DNA of 27,161 bases from a virus (taxonomy: Duplodnaviria > Heunggongvirae > Uroviricota > Caudoviricetes): the IMG/VR virus record IMGVR_UViG_3300017963_000223. One strand, written 5' to 3'. Positions within the stretch are counted from its first letter, which is position 1; each line of letters opens with the position of its first letter. Position numbers and translations under genes: made by a program. Shown one piece after another: positions 16,007-24,198 of the stretch. Under the pieces are notes generated by a model that worked only from the letters and a program-made list of their open reading frames with translations, did no database searches and was not told the DNA's origin.

Positions 16007-16077
16007 GACGGCTATCACTAGGCGGGATCGCGGGATAGCATAGCGGCCCCGATCGCTTCCGCCCAGTGATAGCCGTC
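16007..16077 (+). other. 71-nt 5'-UTR stem-loop with a 13-bp perfect basal stem
   Basis: GACGGCTATCACT (16007-16019) pairs with AGTGATAGCCGTC (16065-16077); further pairing inside. Confidence 0.85.
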
Positions 16078-16104
16078 ACAACACCACAACAAGGAGTTCC
16101 GATT

Positions 16105-16761
16105 ATGTCGAACGTATCAGCCAGTTACCTTTACTCCGGTATGTCTGATTTCTTCAGTGGCTACGGTTGTAACGACAACCAGTCACTCCTTTACGCTTTC
16201 TACGGCCCGCGCACGACTTTGCGGGATATAGTAGATCAACTGGTTAGTGAGACTTGGAGCGGTCCTGCCAGTGAGGACGTTCCGGAGGATCTTTCCAATG
16301 ATGAGGTTCGTGCGGCGATTCTCGATTGTCTGACTGAGCAGGGTCGTGCCGATTATGCCAGCGGCGCAATCTCTGAGTTTGCTGAGAAGTATGCGGCTGC
16401 GAACGATCTTGACGGTGAGGAGGAAGATGACGATTGTATGGATTCGCCCGTCGTTATCTTCCTGCTCGAATGGGAGGCCTGTGCCGATTGTGGCGCTTTC
16501 ACCGAGTTGAACGAGGATGAGGTCTGTGCCGAGTGTGCGGCCGGGGTTCCACCTGTGACGGTCACGAAGGAAGAGTTGGAAGCTAACGGTTATGTCGAGA
16601 TTGTCGAGCAGAACGATGACGGCAGTGTTGTCATTCTTAACGGCGACGGCGGTTGTGACCTGTTTCAGGTTCGTGACAGTTATGCGGGCTGGTGCCTGGA
16701 GTGTGAGTGCGGGCGGGTCCTGGAGTTTTGCCGGTCGCTGAGTCGTGGCGGAAATTTCTGA
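16105..16761 (+). CDS. Hypothetical acidic protein with Cys pairs, 218 aa (cassette 2)
   Basis: AAGGAG-TTCCGATT-ATG; EEEDDD tract; CADC, CAEC, CECG. Confidence 0.8.
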   Translation: MSNVSASYLYSGMSDFFSGYGCNDNQSLLYAFYGPRTTLRDIVDQLVSETWSGPASEDVPEDLSNDEVRAAILDCLTEQGRADYASGAISEFAEKYAAANDLDGEEEDDDCMDSPVVIFLLEWEACADCGAFTELNEDEVCAECAAGVPPVTVTKEELEANGYVEIVEQNDDGSVVILNGDGGCDLFQVRDSYAGWCLECECGRVLEFCRSLSRGGNF

Positions 16762-16768
16762 TTTCTAC

Positions 16769-16796
16769 TTGACTTTCGCGCAAGGTGTGGTATGCT
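16769..16796 (+). promoter_or_regulatory. Cassette promoter P3: TTGACT-N16-TATGCT, followed by hairpin GGCCGA-CGG-TCGGCC (16804-16818)
   Basis: ttgact-ttcgcgcaaggtgtgg-tatgct. Confidence 0.88.
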
Positions 16797-16849
16797 TGAG
16801 TGTGGCCGACGGTCGGCCGGAATCACCCACTACATGAGGAGTAACGATT

Positions 16850-17293
16850 ATGTCGGATTTGCGAGATGCGCTTAGGACACTGGCGGATAACGGATTGACG
16901 GAAGATTCGATAGTCGGGATTGTGCAGGAGGTTGTCGAGGGTGACGCCCTTGACGATAATGACGATCAAAAGTGGTGTGCGCTTGTTGCGGAAATGGGCG
17001 CTGACATGCTTGACGCCGACGAGTTCATCCATGACGATTGTGTGTTTGAGGTGGGCGGGTCCGAATATCTCGTTCTTACCGAGGATGAGAAAGAACAGCG
17101 CTGGGACGATTGTCTCGAAAGTTACCTTGATGACGGTTGTGTCGATGGTGCCGATTCTCCCTACTTCGACCGGGAGCGATGGAAGAAGGACGCGCGTATC
17201 GATGGTGCCGGTCACGCGCTTTCTTCCTACGACGGCAACGAGTACGAGTTCTCCGGGTTCGGAGAGTATTTCTACATCTACCGAATCAACTGA
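16850..17293 (+). CDS. Highly acidic protein, 147 aa, with ArdA-C-terminal-like YFDxExW motif (possible DNA mimic)
   Basis: GAGGAG-TAACGATT-ATG; 40/147 residues D/E by hand count; EYLVLTEDE...YFDRERWKKDARIDG...YDGNE...YIYR. Confidence 0.75.
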   Translation: MSDLRDALRTLADNGLTEDSIVGIVQEVVEGDALDDNDDQKWCALVAEMGADMLDADEFIHDDCVFEVGGSEYLVLTEDEKEQRWDDCLESYLDDGCVDGADSPYFDRERWKKDARIDGAGHALSSYDGNEYEFSGFGEYFYIYRIN

Positions 17294-17304
17294 TCGGAGG
17301 GGTC

Positions 17305-17460
17305 GTGGTAGAGCTAGCAGCACTGGTGATTGTATGGATTGTTCTGAATGTGTGCGAAAAACTGTATACGCCGGGAGAGCGGCTTGACCTGATTGTGTGG
17401 GCTGTAGCGGCTGTCCTGTTTATCGCACCTATCTGGATTGCCTTCAACTCAGGGGGATAG
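17305..17460 (+). CDS. Small two-TM membrane protein, 51 aa (this start not called in the ORF track)
   Basis: GGAGG 4 nt before GTG 17305; MVELAALVIVWIVLNV...LIVWAVAAVLFIAPIWIAF. Confidence 0.6.
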   Translation: MVELAALVIVWIVLNVCEKLYTPGERLDLIVWAVAAVLFIAPIWIAFNSGG

Positions 17461-17461
17461 C

Positions 17462-17995
17462 ATGTTTGACGATAGTAAGGTTTCGTTCGAGATTGAGGTT
17501 GAGGGGAGTGATGTCGAGGTTCGCGGTAATGCCATGTGTTCCGGTGATGCCGATGCTGACCGTGAGTATGAAGATGCCATCATTGCGCGTATCAACGATG
17601 GTGACGTTTGGGCATGGGCGCTGGTTCGCGTGGTCGCTCGTTACGATGGTATCGATGATGCCTATGGCGACGATTACCTCAGCGGTTGCAGTTATGCCGA
17701 TGAGGATGACTTCAAGGCTGACGGCTACTATGAGGATATGTGCGAAGTTGCCAAAAAAGAGCTTTATACCGTGTTGGAGCTTCGCGCTGATAAGTTGGGC
17801 CTTGACGAGTTGATCGATCCTTACGAGGGCGACCCTTGTAACGAGATTGCCGATCTTGCCACCGAGTTCAATTCTGACTTTTGCAAGGATGGTAGGGTCT
17901 ATGCCGAATATCACGATGATGGTTTTCACTTGCGGCTGACTGGTACGGTCGAGCGGGTTCTGACAGTTCTACGGGCGGCTCACGGTCGCGCTTAG
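17462..17995 (+). CDS. Hypothetical acidic phage protein, 177 aa (DYLSGCSY...YYEDM)
   Basis: AGGGGG RBS; start re-assigned to 17462. Confidence 0.75.
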   Translation: MFDDSKVSFEIEVEGSDVEVRGNAMCSGDADADREYEDAIIARINDGDVWAWALVRVVARYDGIDDAYGDDYLSGCSYADEDDFKADGYYEDMCEVAKKELYTVLELRADKLGLDELIDPYEGDPCNEIADLATEFNSDFCKDGRVYAEYHDDGFHLRLTGTVERVLTVLRAAHGRA

Positions 17996-18012
17996 AAAAT
18001 CCCGATTTCTAT

Positions 18013-18040
18013 TTGACTTTCCGCGCTTTTGTGGTATGCT
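18013..18040 (+). promoter_or_regulatory. Cassette promoter P4: TTGACT-N16-TATGCT, followed by CGGCCG-ACGGG-CGGCCG hairpin
   Basis: ttgact-ttccgcgcttttgtgg-tatgct. Confidence 0.88.
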
Positions 18041-18094
18041 TGTATTGTTCGGCCGACGGGCGGCCGGGAAACCCACCATAGGGAGATTGTAACG

Positions 18095-18580
18095 ATGGCA
18101 GCGATTTATCAAGCGGATGTCTGGTGTGACGATTGTGCGGATGTTATCAAGGATCGCCTCTGGGCGGAATCTGAGGATGGTCCGACCTTTTCCAATCGCG
18201 CTGAATGGGAAGAGTCTGTCGGTTACGACGATGAGCGTAACTATGACAGTGGTGAGTATCCGAAGGACTGTGACGATGATGAGGAATCTGACTGTCCTGA
18301 TCATTGTGCCGCTCATTCCGGTTGTCTCAATGCTGAGGTTCTTTCCGATGATAGCGTTGTTGGCTATTTCTTCGGTAATTCCTTGACTACCGACGGTGCG
18401 GATTATGTCAGGGATGCGGTTAGGGACGACGTGCGGGCGGGTGATACCGATTCTGTCGCCTGCACCCTTTGGATGCCCTATTACGATTGGATCGATTATG
18501 ACGGCATCGCCACCTGTTACGGTTGTGGCAAGCTTGCCTTTTGTGACGAAGACGGTTTCTGTAAGAAATGTGCCAAATAG
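18095..18580 (+). CDS. Acidic Cys-rich protein, 161 aa (cassette 4 gene a)
   Basis: AGGGAG RBS; CDDC, CPDHC, C-terminal CYGC...CKKC; start re-assigned from 18029. Confidence 0.78.
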   Translation: MAAIYQADVWCDDCADVIKDRLWAESEDGPTFSNRAEWEESVGYDDERNYDSGEYPKDCDDDEESDCPDHCAAHSGCLNAEVLSDDSVVGYFFGNSLTTDGADYVRDAVRDDVRAGDTDSVACTLWMPYYDWIDYDGIATCYGCGKLAFCDEDGFCKKCAK

Positions 18581-18589
18581 GGGGATGCT

Positions 18590-18937
18590 ATGGCGACCAT
18601 CAATTATGGCGAGTTGACCAGTTATGACGACTGCGTCAGGTGTTTGGGTGGTAGGGATTCGCTCCGGCTGCGCTACGCTGTGCGGCTTGTGCGGGATGGC
18701 GCGGACATAACGGTCGTGCATCATGCCACCCCGATTATCCGGTATCGGCCGGATGGAACGGTTGTGCTGGACTGTGCCGGTTATCGCAGTGCTACCACAA
18801 AGGCCAACCTGAACCGTTATACCGGCTTTCGGGTTTGGCAGAAAAAGGGGGTCTGGTATCTTTCTACCGGTCGGTGTGACCCTGTGGAATACTTCGATGG
18901 TATCGAATATGCCGGTCGCACGCCTTGTGCAGCCTAG
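18590..18937 (+). CDS. Hypothetical phage protein, 115 aa (HHATPII...GYRSATTKANLN)
   Basis: AGGGGG RBS; beta-rich pattern. Confidence 0.75.
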   Translation: MATINYGELTSYDDCVRCLGGRDSLRLRYAVRLVRDGADITVVHHATPIIRYRPDGTVVLDCAGYRSATTKANLNRYTGFRVWQKKGVWYLSTGRCDPVEYFDGIEYAGRTPCAA

Positions 18938-19018
18938 GCGCTTGCGGCCGGGCGCCGGGCGCTTGCGGCCGGGCGCCGGGCGCCGGGCGCTTGCGGCCGG
19001 GTGGCCGGGTGGCCGGGA
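18938..19018 (+). repeat. GC array 1 (GCGCTTGCGGCCGG x3 interspersed with CGCCGGG, then TGGCCGGG x2)
   Basis: Starts at the stop codon and runs into the upstream element of P5. Confidence 0.9.
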
Positions 19019-19038
19019 GAAAATTCCGAGAATTCTAT

Positions 19039-19066
19039 TTGACTTTCGCGTAAGGTGTGGTATGCT
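19039..19066 (+). promoter_or_regulatory. Cassette promoter P5: TTGACT-N16-TATGCT
   Basis: ttgact-ttcgcgtaaggtgtgg-tatgct; one mismatch versus P6 over about 60 bp. Confidence 0.9.
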
Positions 19067-19123
19067 TGTATTGTTCGGCCGACGGGCGGCCGGGAAACAC
19101 CACCACCGCAAAGGGTTCCGATT

Positions 19124-19603
19124 ATGACACAAGACCAAATTGATTCGATTCTGACGGACAAAGGGGTCGCGCTGGACGTGACGTTGGTTCGCGACGACTT
19201 TGACGGTCGCGAGGGTTCGACGACCTGGGCCGTTACAATCACCCGAAACGGCCAATCGTTCCAAACGGAATACACCCAAGGATGCTACCATCGGCACTAT
19301 CGGAGTGGGCGCCCGATCAATCTCCCCTTTGGAGGGGTGACGATTGCAACGGTTGAGAAGAACAAACGGACCCGGCCGAATAAGCCGATTCTGGCGGATG
19401 TGCTGCACGCGCTTGTGTCGGATGCGCAATGTGTAGCGTTTGGGCAGACCTTTGAGGATTTTGCCGGCGCTATGGGTTATGACACTGATTCCCGTGAAGC
19501 GGAACGTGTCTATAATGGCTGCCGGGATGAATACTTCGGGCTGGTCCGGCTGTTCGGGTCCGACGGCCTGGAAGAGTTGTGCGAGTTGTTCCAAGACTAT
19601 TGA
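19124..19603 (+). CDS. Hypothetical phage protein, 159 aa (P.LADVL..LVSDA...TFEDFA..MGYD.DS)
   Basis: AAGGG-TTCCGATT-ATG; start re-assigned from 19055. Confidence 0.8.
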   Translation: MTQDQIDSILTDKGVALDVTLVRDDFDGREGSTTWAVTITRNGQSFQTEYTQGCYHRHYRSGRPINLPFGGVTIATVEKNKRTRPNKPILADVLHALVSDAQCVAFGQTFEDFAGAMGYDTDSREAERVYNGCRDEYFGLVRLFGSDGLEELCELFQDY

Positions 19604-19623
19604 TTCCACCGGAGGTGACGGTT

Positions 19624-20103
19624 ATGTCGACGAAAGTGAACGGCGTGGTTCTATCGGATATAACGGCTCGGTATCTTGAAACGATACTGTGGGCTGAGAC
19701 GGTTCTGATGCCTGTGCCGGACGATGAGCTTGTTGACGGTCGTATGGATGTTGACAAAGATCATCCCTTGCACGGTATTGTCGAGGGTTTCCCTCTTGAC
19801 GAATACTTCGGTCTTGACGACTTTTCCGATGAGTCGCTTGAGAGGGCTGAGAGCGATTGTGCCGAGTTCTTCGATCGTATCGACGATGCCGATCTTCTCG
19901 AACGTGCCAATCGGTTCGCCGATGACGAACATATCGCTTATGACTTCTGGTTGACTCGTCAGGGTCATGGCGCTGGTTTCTGGGATGGCGATTACAAGGA
20001 CGATACCGACAATGTCGGCGACGCGCTTTCTGAGGTTGCTGCGGAGTTTGGCGAATGTTACGTTGTTGTCGGTGAGGGCGGTCAACTGCATATTGAGGGT
20101 TAG
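19624..20103 (+). CDS. Acidic phage protein with DFWLTRxGHGAGFWD motif, 159 aa
   Basis: GGAGGT-GACGGTT-ATG; start re-assigned from 19579. Confidence 0.8.
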   Translation: MSTKVNGVVLSDITARYLETILWAETVLMPVPDDELVDGRMDVDKDHPLHGIVEGFPLDEYFGLDDFSDESLERAESDCAEFFDRIDDADLLERANRFADDEHIAYDFWLTRQGHGAGFWDGDYKDDTDNVGDALSEVAAEFGECYVVVGEGGQLHIEG

Positions 20104-20151
20104 TCCGGTTGTGCGGGCGAACGGAAACAACGAGCAAAAGGAGGTGGGGTT

Positions 20152-20385
20152 ATGATGGTTGCAGCAGTCAAGCAGGTTGTGATGGTCAAGCGGGAATATC
20201 GGGATCGTTTGGATGATCCGCCCCGCACCGATAGTGTCGAGTTTGCCAGTCGGTTCGATGCTATCGATTATGCGACTCAGTTGTATCGGGCGGGTGTTGT
20301 CGAACGTGTTGAATGTATCGATCATACCGGTCGTCCGTTCTTTGCCGCTCGTCGCAATCAATTCGATTTTGCGCTTGCACGATGA
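20152..20385 (+). CDS. Hypothetical protein, 77 aa
   Basis: AAGGAGGT RBS. Confidence 0.72.
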   Translation: MMVAAVKQVVMVKREYRDRLDDPPRTDSVEFASRFDAIDYATQLYRAGVVERVECIDHTGRPFFAARRNQFDFALAR

Positions 20386-20417
20386 CGGCCGACGGGCGGC
20401 CGACGGGCGGCCGGGAG
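20386..20417 (+). repeat. GC array 2: CGGCCGACGGG x2 + CGGCCGGGAG
   Basis: Lies between the stop codon and the P6 upstream element. Confidence 0.9.
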
Positions 20418-20435
20418 AAAATCCCGATTTTCTAT

Positions 20436-20463
20436 TTGACTTTCGCGCAAGGTGTGGTATGCT
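20436..20463 (+). promoter_or_regulatory. Cassette promoter P6: TTGACT-N16-TATGCT
   Basis: ttgact-ttcgcgcaaggtgtgg-tatgct. Confidence 0.9.
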
Positions 20464-20551
20464 TGTATTGTTCGGCCGACGGGCGGCCGGGCGGAACGGT
20501 TGCCACCGGGCGGCCGACAATCCCAACCCCACCACCGAGGGAGTTCCGATT

Positions 20552-21358
20552 ATGAGCGAAATGCAGATGACGCTGGACGGGGCGCTTGTACCAACTGCGC
20601 CACATGTTGACGACATTGTCGTTTGTGTCGATGGTTCCGAGTGTCGGCATGGTGACGCGCTTTTCGATTGTGAGGGCGGCGCACATCGTACCGACGAGGA
20701 TAGGCACGACCGGGATGTACAGGTTGTGTCGGATTTTCTGGATGAGGTCGGAAAGTGGGCTGAGGACTATTGCACCGGCAATTCCGATTATCCCGATGCT
20801 TACAGTTGTCTCATCAATGAGGGTTGTCACGATTGGGACGATGATGTGCGTGAGTGGATTGAGAACGAATACGGCGACGAATGCGGTCACACCAACTTTG
20901 ACGACTATATCGAAGAAATCGTTGAGAAGGTCTGTGAGGAACTTGACGGTGAGTTCGATTGTGAGGCTGAATACAATTCCAACGAGTATGCCGCTTACTC
21001 CGGTTCTGGCTGTTGTTTGGGTTCGTTTGATATTGGCGAACATGAGGAACAGATCGAGATTAACGGTCACGACGTTCTTCGGGTTCTGCACGAACGTGGC
21101 GATCTTGACGATGTGTTGGATGATGTCAATTGTGACGTTTATATCAATCGCGACCGTCGGCGCGAGAAGAACGAAGAGACCGGATATTACGAGCCTGTCG
21201 GTCGTGAGACTTACATGCCTTATGAGCATAATCGCGAACATCCGGATCTTCTCATCTATGTCAACATTTCCGGTCAGTGGCAGTGGGTCGTTCCTGCCGA
21301 TCGCATGGAAGAGTTGGTCTGTGAGGCGCTGTTGGATTATCACGGTTATACCGAATAA
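20552..21358 (+). CDS. Extremely acidic protein, 268 aa (possible DNA mimic or anti-defence protein)
   Basis: GAGGGAG-TTCCGATT-ATG; hand count 72 D/E versus 17 K/R. Confidence 0.8.
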   Translation: MSEMQMTLDGALVPTAPHVDDIVVCVDGSECRHGDALFDCEGGAHRTDEDRHDRDVQVVSDFLDEVGKWAEDYCTGNSDYPDAYSCLINEGCHDWDDDVREWIENEYGDECGHTNFDDYIEEIVEKVCEELDGEFDCEAEYNSNEYAAYSGSGCCLGSFDIGEHEEQIEINGHDVLRVLHERGDLDDVLDDVNCDVYINRDRRREKNEETGYYEPVGRETYMPYEHNREHPDLLIYVNISGQWQWVVPADRMEELVCEALLDYHGYTE

Positions 21359-21376
21359 TACCTTGTGGTGGGGTAT

Positions 21377-21468
21377 CGGGCGGCCGGGCGCTTTGCGCCC
21401 GGTCGCCTAGTCTATTGTCGGCCGGGCGGCCGACGGGCGGCCGACGGGCGGCCGGGAGCGGCCGGGAG
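21377..21468 (+). repeat. GC array 3, preceded by hairpin CGGCCGGGCG-CTTTG-CGCCCGGTCG (21381-21405)
   Basis: Words CGGCCGGG, CGGCCGACGGG x2, CGGCCGGGAG x2 before P7. Confidence 0.88.
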
Positions 21469-21486
21469 AAAATCCGAGAATTCTAT

Positions 21487-21514
21487 TTGACTTCCGGGAA
21501 TGCGCGGATATACT
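21487..21514 (+). promoter_or_regulatory. Cassette promoter P7: TTGACT-N16-TATACT
   Basis: gagaaaatccgagaattctat-ttgact-tccgggaatgcgcgga-tatact-tgaatagtcggccgacgggcggccg. Confidence 0.9.
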
Positions 21515-21572
21515 TGAATAGTCGGCCGACGGGCGGCCGGGCGCAACACCCCACCACCACAAGGGTACAATC

Positions 21573-21890
21573 ATGGCGAAAATGACGATTGGTCCGAAAC
21601 ATCCGATCCGGGCGCTTGTGCAAGGTCTGCCGACCTATGCCGATTCTAAGGGTCGATTCGTTGAGTTGGTCTGTAAGGCCTTTGACGATTGTGACCTCGA
21701 TGTCGTTTGTTCCGATATGGACGGCGATGAGGGTCGCGTCAATTGGGCGATTCGTCCCAAAGATAACACTCGTGTCTGTTGTGACGAATGTGCGGCTCGC
21801 ATGGATGCTGCCAGTTATGACAACTGGATGGTTATTACGTGGTATCGGCTTTCTGCCCATACTATCGAATTTGTCGCTTATGTCAGCTAG
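21573..21890 (+). CDS. Hypothetical protein, 105 aa (CCDEC)
   Basis: AAGGG RBS after an A/C-rich leader. Confidence 0.75.
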   Translation: MAKMTIGPKHPIRALVQGLPTYADSKGRFVELVCKAFDDCDLDVVCSDMDGDEGRVNWAIRPKDNTRVCCDECAARMDAASYDNWMVITWYRLSAHTIEFVAYVS

Positions 21891-21906
21891 GCAAGGAGTA
21901 TCAACT

Positions 21907-22314
21907 ATGTCGAAAATTCAACTGAATCGGATTGTGAAGCCTGTGACGGTCGTGAGTAATGATGGCGCTCGTATCGAACAGCGCACTGAGTCCGTTGGTG
22001 TCAGTTTTGCCGGTCCTGACGGTCGTACCGTTTCGCTCGCCTTTGACGGTCGATGCGATTGTAAGGCTGATGCCCCTGGGATGATTCGTGAGACCTACGC
22101 GCCTTATGCCGATTGTGCCGTTATTGACGGCGAATACCGGCAAAGTGGACCTATGCCGGATATTCAGGTTATGCGCTTTCTGCGGGATGCGCTGATTGAC
22201 CTGGACCTGGGGGATTATGACCCTCGTAGGGTCTGTATCGTTTGTGGCGGTGAGTTCGAGCCTGCGAGTCCTGGGTGCTGTAACGTCTGTGCCGATTGTG
22301 AGGATAGCGACTGA
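21907..22314 (+). CDS. Hypothetical protein with C-terminal zinc finger (CIVC...CCNVC), 135 aa
   Basis: AAGGAG RBS; start re-assigned from 21589. Confidence 0.75.
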   Translation: MSKIQLNRIVKPVTVVSNDGARIEQRTESVGVSFAGPDGRTVSLAFDGRCDCKADAPGMIRETYAPYADCAVIDGEYRQSGPMPDIQVMRFLRDALIDLDLGDYDPRRVCIVCGGEFEPASPGCCNVCADCEDSD

Positions 22315-22317
22315 TTG

Positions 22318-22518
22318 CGGCCGGGCGGCCGGGCGGCCGGGCGGCCGGGCGGCCGGGCGGCCGGGCGGCCGGGCGGCCGGGCGGCCGGGCGGCCGGGCGG
22401 CCGGGCGGCCGGGAGCGGCCGGGAGCGGCCGGGAGCGGCCGGGAGCGGCCGACGGGCGGCCGACGGGCGGCCGGGAGCGGGCCCAGCAAGCCGGGAGCGG
22501 CCGACGGGCGGCCGGGAG
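22318..22518 (+). repeat. GC array 4: (CGGCCGGG)x11, (CGGCCGGGAG)x4, (CGGCCGACGGG)x2, then mixed words including a 20-mer; G-quadruplex-capable
   Basis: Parsed directly; the GGG-N5-GGG-N5-GGG-N5-GGG pattern recurs. Confidence 0.95.
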
Positions 22519-22536
22519 AAAATCCGAGAATTCTAT

Positions 22537-22564
22537 TTGACTTCCGGGAATGCGCGGGTATACT
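22537..22564 (+). promoter_or_regulatory. Cassette promoter P8: TTGACT-N16-TATACT
   Basis: ttgact-tccgggaatgcgcggg-tatact; 61 bp identical to P12. Confidence 0.9.
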
Positions 22565-22620
22565 TGAATAGTCGGCCGACGGGCGGCCGAAACACCACAT
22601 CACATAGGGGGGTTCCGATT

Positions 22621-23061
22621 ATGACGACCATGCCGACTTATTCCGATGTGACGCTTGACGCGATGACTGCCGATTGTAACGAATGGGAGAATGCTGTCGT
22701 TCGTGCGGCCTTTACCACTCGTGGCGTTCGTGACGGCGGTAAGCTTCGTGCCAATAAACCGTTTCGCACGGTTCACAACAAGTGGGAGGGTTGTGCCAAT
22801 TACGTGTGGCGTATGCTTTGTTTCGATCTTGTCGGATCGGGGAAGCATGCCTGTATGCCGGTCTGTGCCGACTTTGACCTTCACGACGCCGTTAGGGAAG
22901 ATGCGGGTTATGCCGATATTACCGATCGTCACGACCGGTATCAGGTTGTGCGGGATTTGACGGCTGACATGGATGCCCTGGTCAAGCGGGTCGAATCGGC
23001 TTTGCCGATCACAGAGCAGAAAGGGATTCTGCGGTGGGGACGGGCTTTGGGGATGGTGTGA
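22621..23061 (+). CDS. Hypothetical protein, 146 aa (cassette 8 gene a)
   Basis: AGGGGG-TTCCGATT-ATG; start re-assigned from 22315. Confidence 0.78.
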   Translation: MTTMPTYSDVTLDAMTADCNEWENAVVRAAFTTRGVRDGGKLRANKPFRTVHNKWEGCANYVWRMLCFDLVGSGKHACMPVCADFDLHDAVREDAGYADITDRHDRYQVVRDLTADMDALVKRVESALPITEQKGILRWGRALGMV

Positions 23062-23075
23062 GTTGTGACGATTGT

Positions 23076-23099
23076 GCGGGCGGCCGGGCGGTCGCCCGC
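23076..23099 (+). other. GC-rich 10-bp hairpin between two genes, built from the array word
   Basis: GCGGGCGGCC-GGGC-GGTCGCCCGC (one G.U), preceded by CGATTGT. Confidence 0.75.
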
Positions 23100-23119
23100 T
23101 ATAACCGGGAGAATCCGCA

Positions 23120-23347
23120 ATGAAGATGCGACCCGACGATTACGAACGACTGACAGAATCGATACAGTCGTTACTGAAGCGACAACCGGAAGTATCGGTA
23201 GAAACCTACCTTGGGCAGGGTATGACGGCTGAGCGGTTTAGGTGGGATGCGCTACATGCTTCCGGATTTGACACTCGTGCGCTTTATGACTATCTTGACG
23301 ATGATCACATCGATACCGCGCTTCGCCGGATAACCGGTACAAACTGA
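23120..23347 (+). CDS. Hypothetical phage protein, 75 aa (RFRWD...LYDYLDDDHIDTALR)
   Basis: GGGAGA RBS; the pattern resembles a widespread small phage family (from recall). Confidence 0.78.
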   Translation: MKMRPDDYERLTESIQSLLKRQPEVSVETYLGQGMTAERFRWDALHASGFDTRALYDYLDDDHIDTALRRITGTN

Positions 23348-23408
23348 CCGGGCGGCCGGGAGCGGGCGGCCGGGAGCGGGCGGCCGGGAGCGGGCGGCCG
23401 GGCGGGAG
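23348..23408 (+). repeat. GC array 5: (CGGCCGGGAGCGGG)x3 plus flanking words
   Basis: Between the stop codon and the P9 upstream element. Confidence 0.9.
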
Positions 23409-23426
23409 AAAATCCGAGAATTCTAT

Positions 23427-23454
23427 TTGACAATCGCGATAGGCGCGGTATAGT
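23427..23454 (+). promoter_or_regulatory. Cassette promoter P9: TTGACA-N16-TATAGT
   Basis: ttgaca-atcgcgataggcgcgg-tatagt. Confidence 0.9.
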
Positions 23455-23514
23455 TGAATAGTCGGCCGACGGGCGGCCGGAAAACACCCCACCACCGATT
23501 ATGAGGATTTTACC

Positions 23515-24078
23515 ATGAGTAGCGAACGTAGCAAAGGTGTCGTGCTTGTCGGTCGTAAGGGCGATGAGTATTATTTCGTTGATTCCGTCTTTCGGCATGA
23601 TGACCGTCTTGCGGGTTGTACCGGAACGGTCGTCTGTCCGGTGTCGACCGAATATGCCGATCATCTACTTTCTGCCGATCAAGTGGAAGATCGGTGGTTT
23701 GACTCTTGGCGCGAATATGCCTTTCGGTGTATTGAGTCCGATTGTAGGAATTGTCGGAATGGCGTCGATGAGGAGGGTTGTGAGGATTGTGGCTATCAGT
23801 CGCTTCGTGAGTTTGGCGCCGAGATTGCCAACGGTGACGGTATTGACGCCATGATCGATCGCACCGATCAAGAGTATGTTGACGCCTTGAACGAACATGC
23901 TGATCTTGACGATGAGGCCAAGTATGCCGATTGTATCGGCTGTGGCAGAATCTTCGGTCGTCTGGGTCTTGACGATTTTGACGAAGTGTACAATCGCAAG
24001 GCGCTTGTCGCTATTCTCGCTTATGAGGATGGCGCAACTGATTACGATTATACCCGTCGTGTGGTCTATGGCGATTAG
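23515..24078 (+). CDS. Acidic Cys-rich protein, 187 aa (CRNC...CEDC, CIGCGRIF)
   Basis: GAGG RBS; overlapped by a 5-codon upstream ORF (23501-23518). Confidence 0.8.
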   Translation: MSSERSKGVVLVGRKGDEYYFVDSVFRHDDRLAGCTGTVVCPVSTEYADHLLSADQVEDRWFDSWREYAFRCIESDCRNCRNGVDEEGCEDCGYQSLREFGAEIANGDGIDAMIDRTDQEYVDALNEHADLDDEAKYADCIGCGRIFGRLGLDDFDEVYNRKALVAILAYEDGATDYDYTRRVVYGD

Positions 24079-24086
24079 TCCGATTG

Positions 24087-24151
24087 CGCGGGCGGCCGGG
24101 CGAGTGGAGCGGGAGCGGGAGCGGGAGCGGGAGCGGGCGGCCGGGCGGGAG
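24087..24151 (+). repeat. GC array 6: includes (CGGGAG)x4
   Basis: Begins after TAGTCCGATTG; ends at the P10 upstream element. Confidence 0.9.
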
Positions 24152-24169
24152 AAAATCCGAGAATTCTAT

Positions 24170-24198
24170 TTGACAATCGCGATAGGCGCGGCTATACT
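24170..24198 (+). promoter_or_regulatory. Cassette promoter P10: TTGACA-N17-TATACT
   Basis: ttgaca-atcgcgataggcgcggc-tatact (P9 spacer plus one C). Confidence 0.9.

Noticed and set aside
18029-19123. Shared N-terminal peptide MWYACIVRPTGGRE on ORFs starting at 18029 and 19055
   Set aside because: It is the repeated promoter translated from a GTG inside the -10 region; real starts are 18095 and 19124
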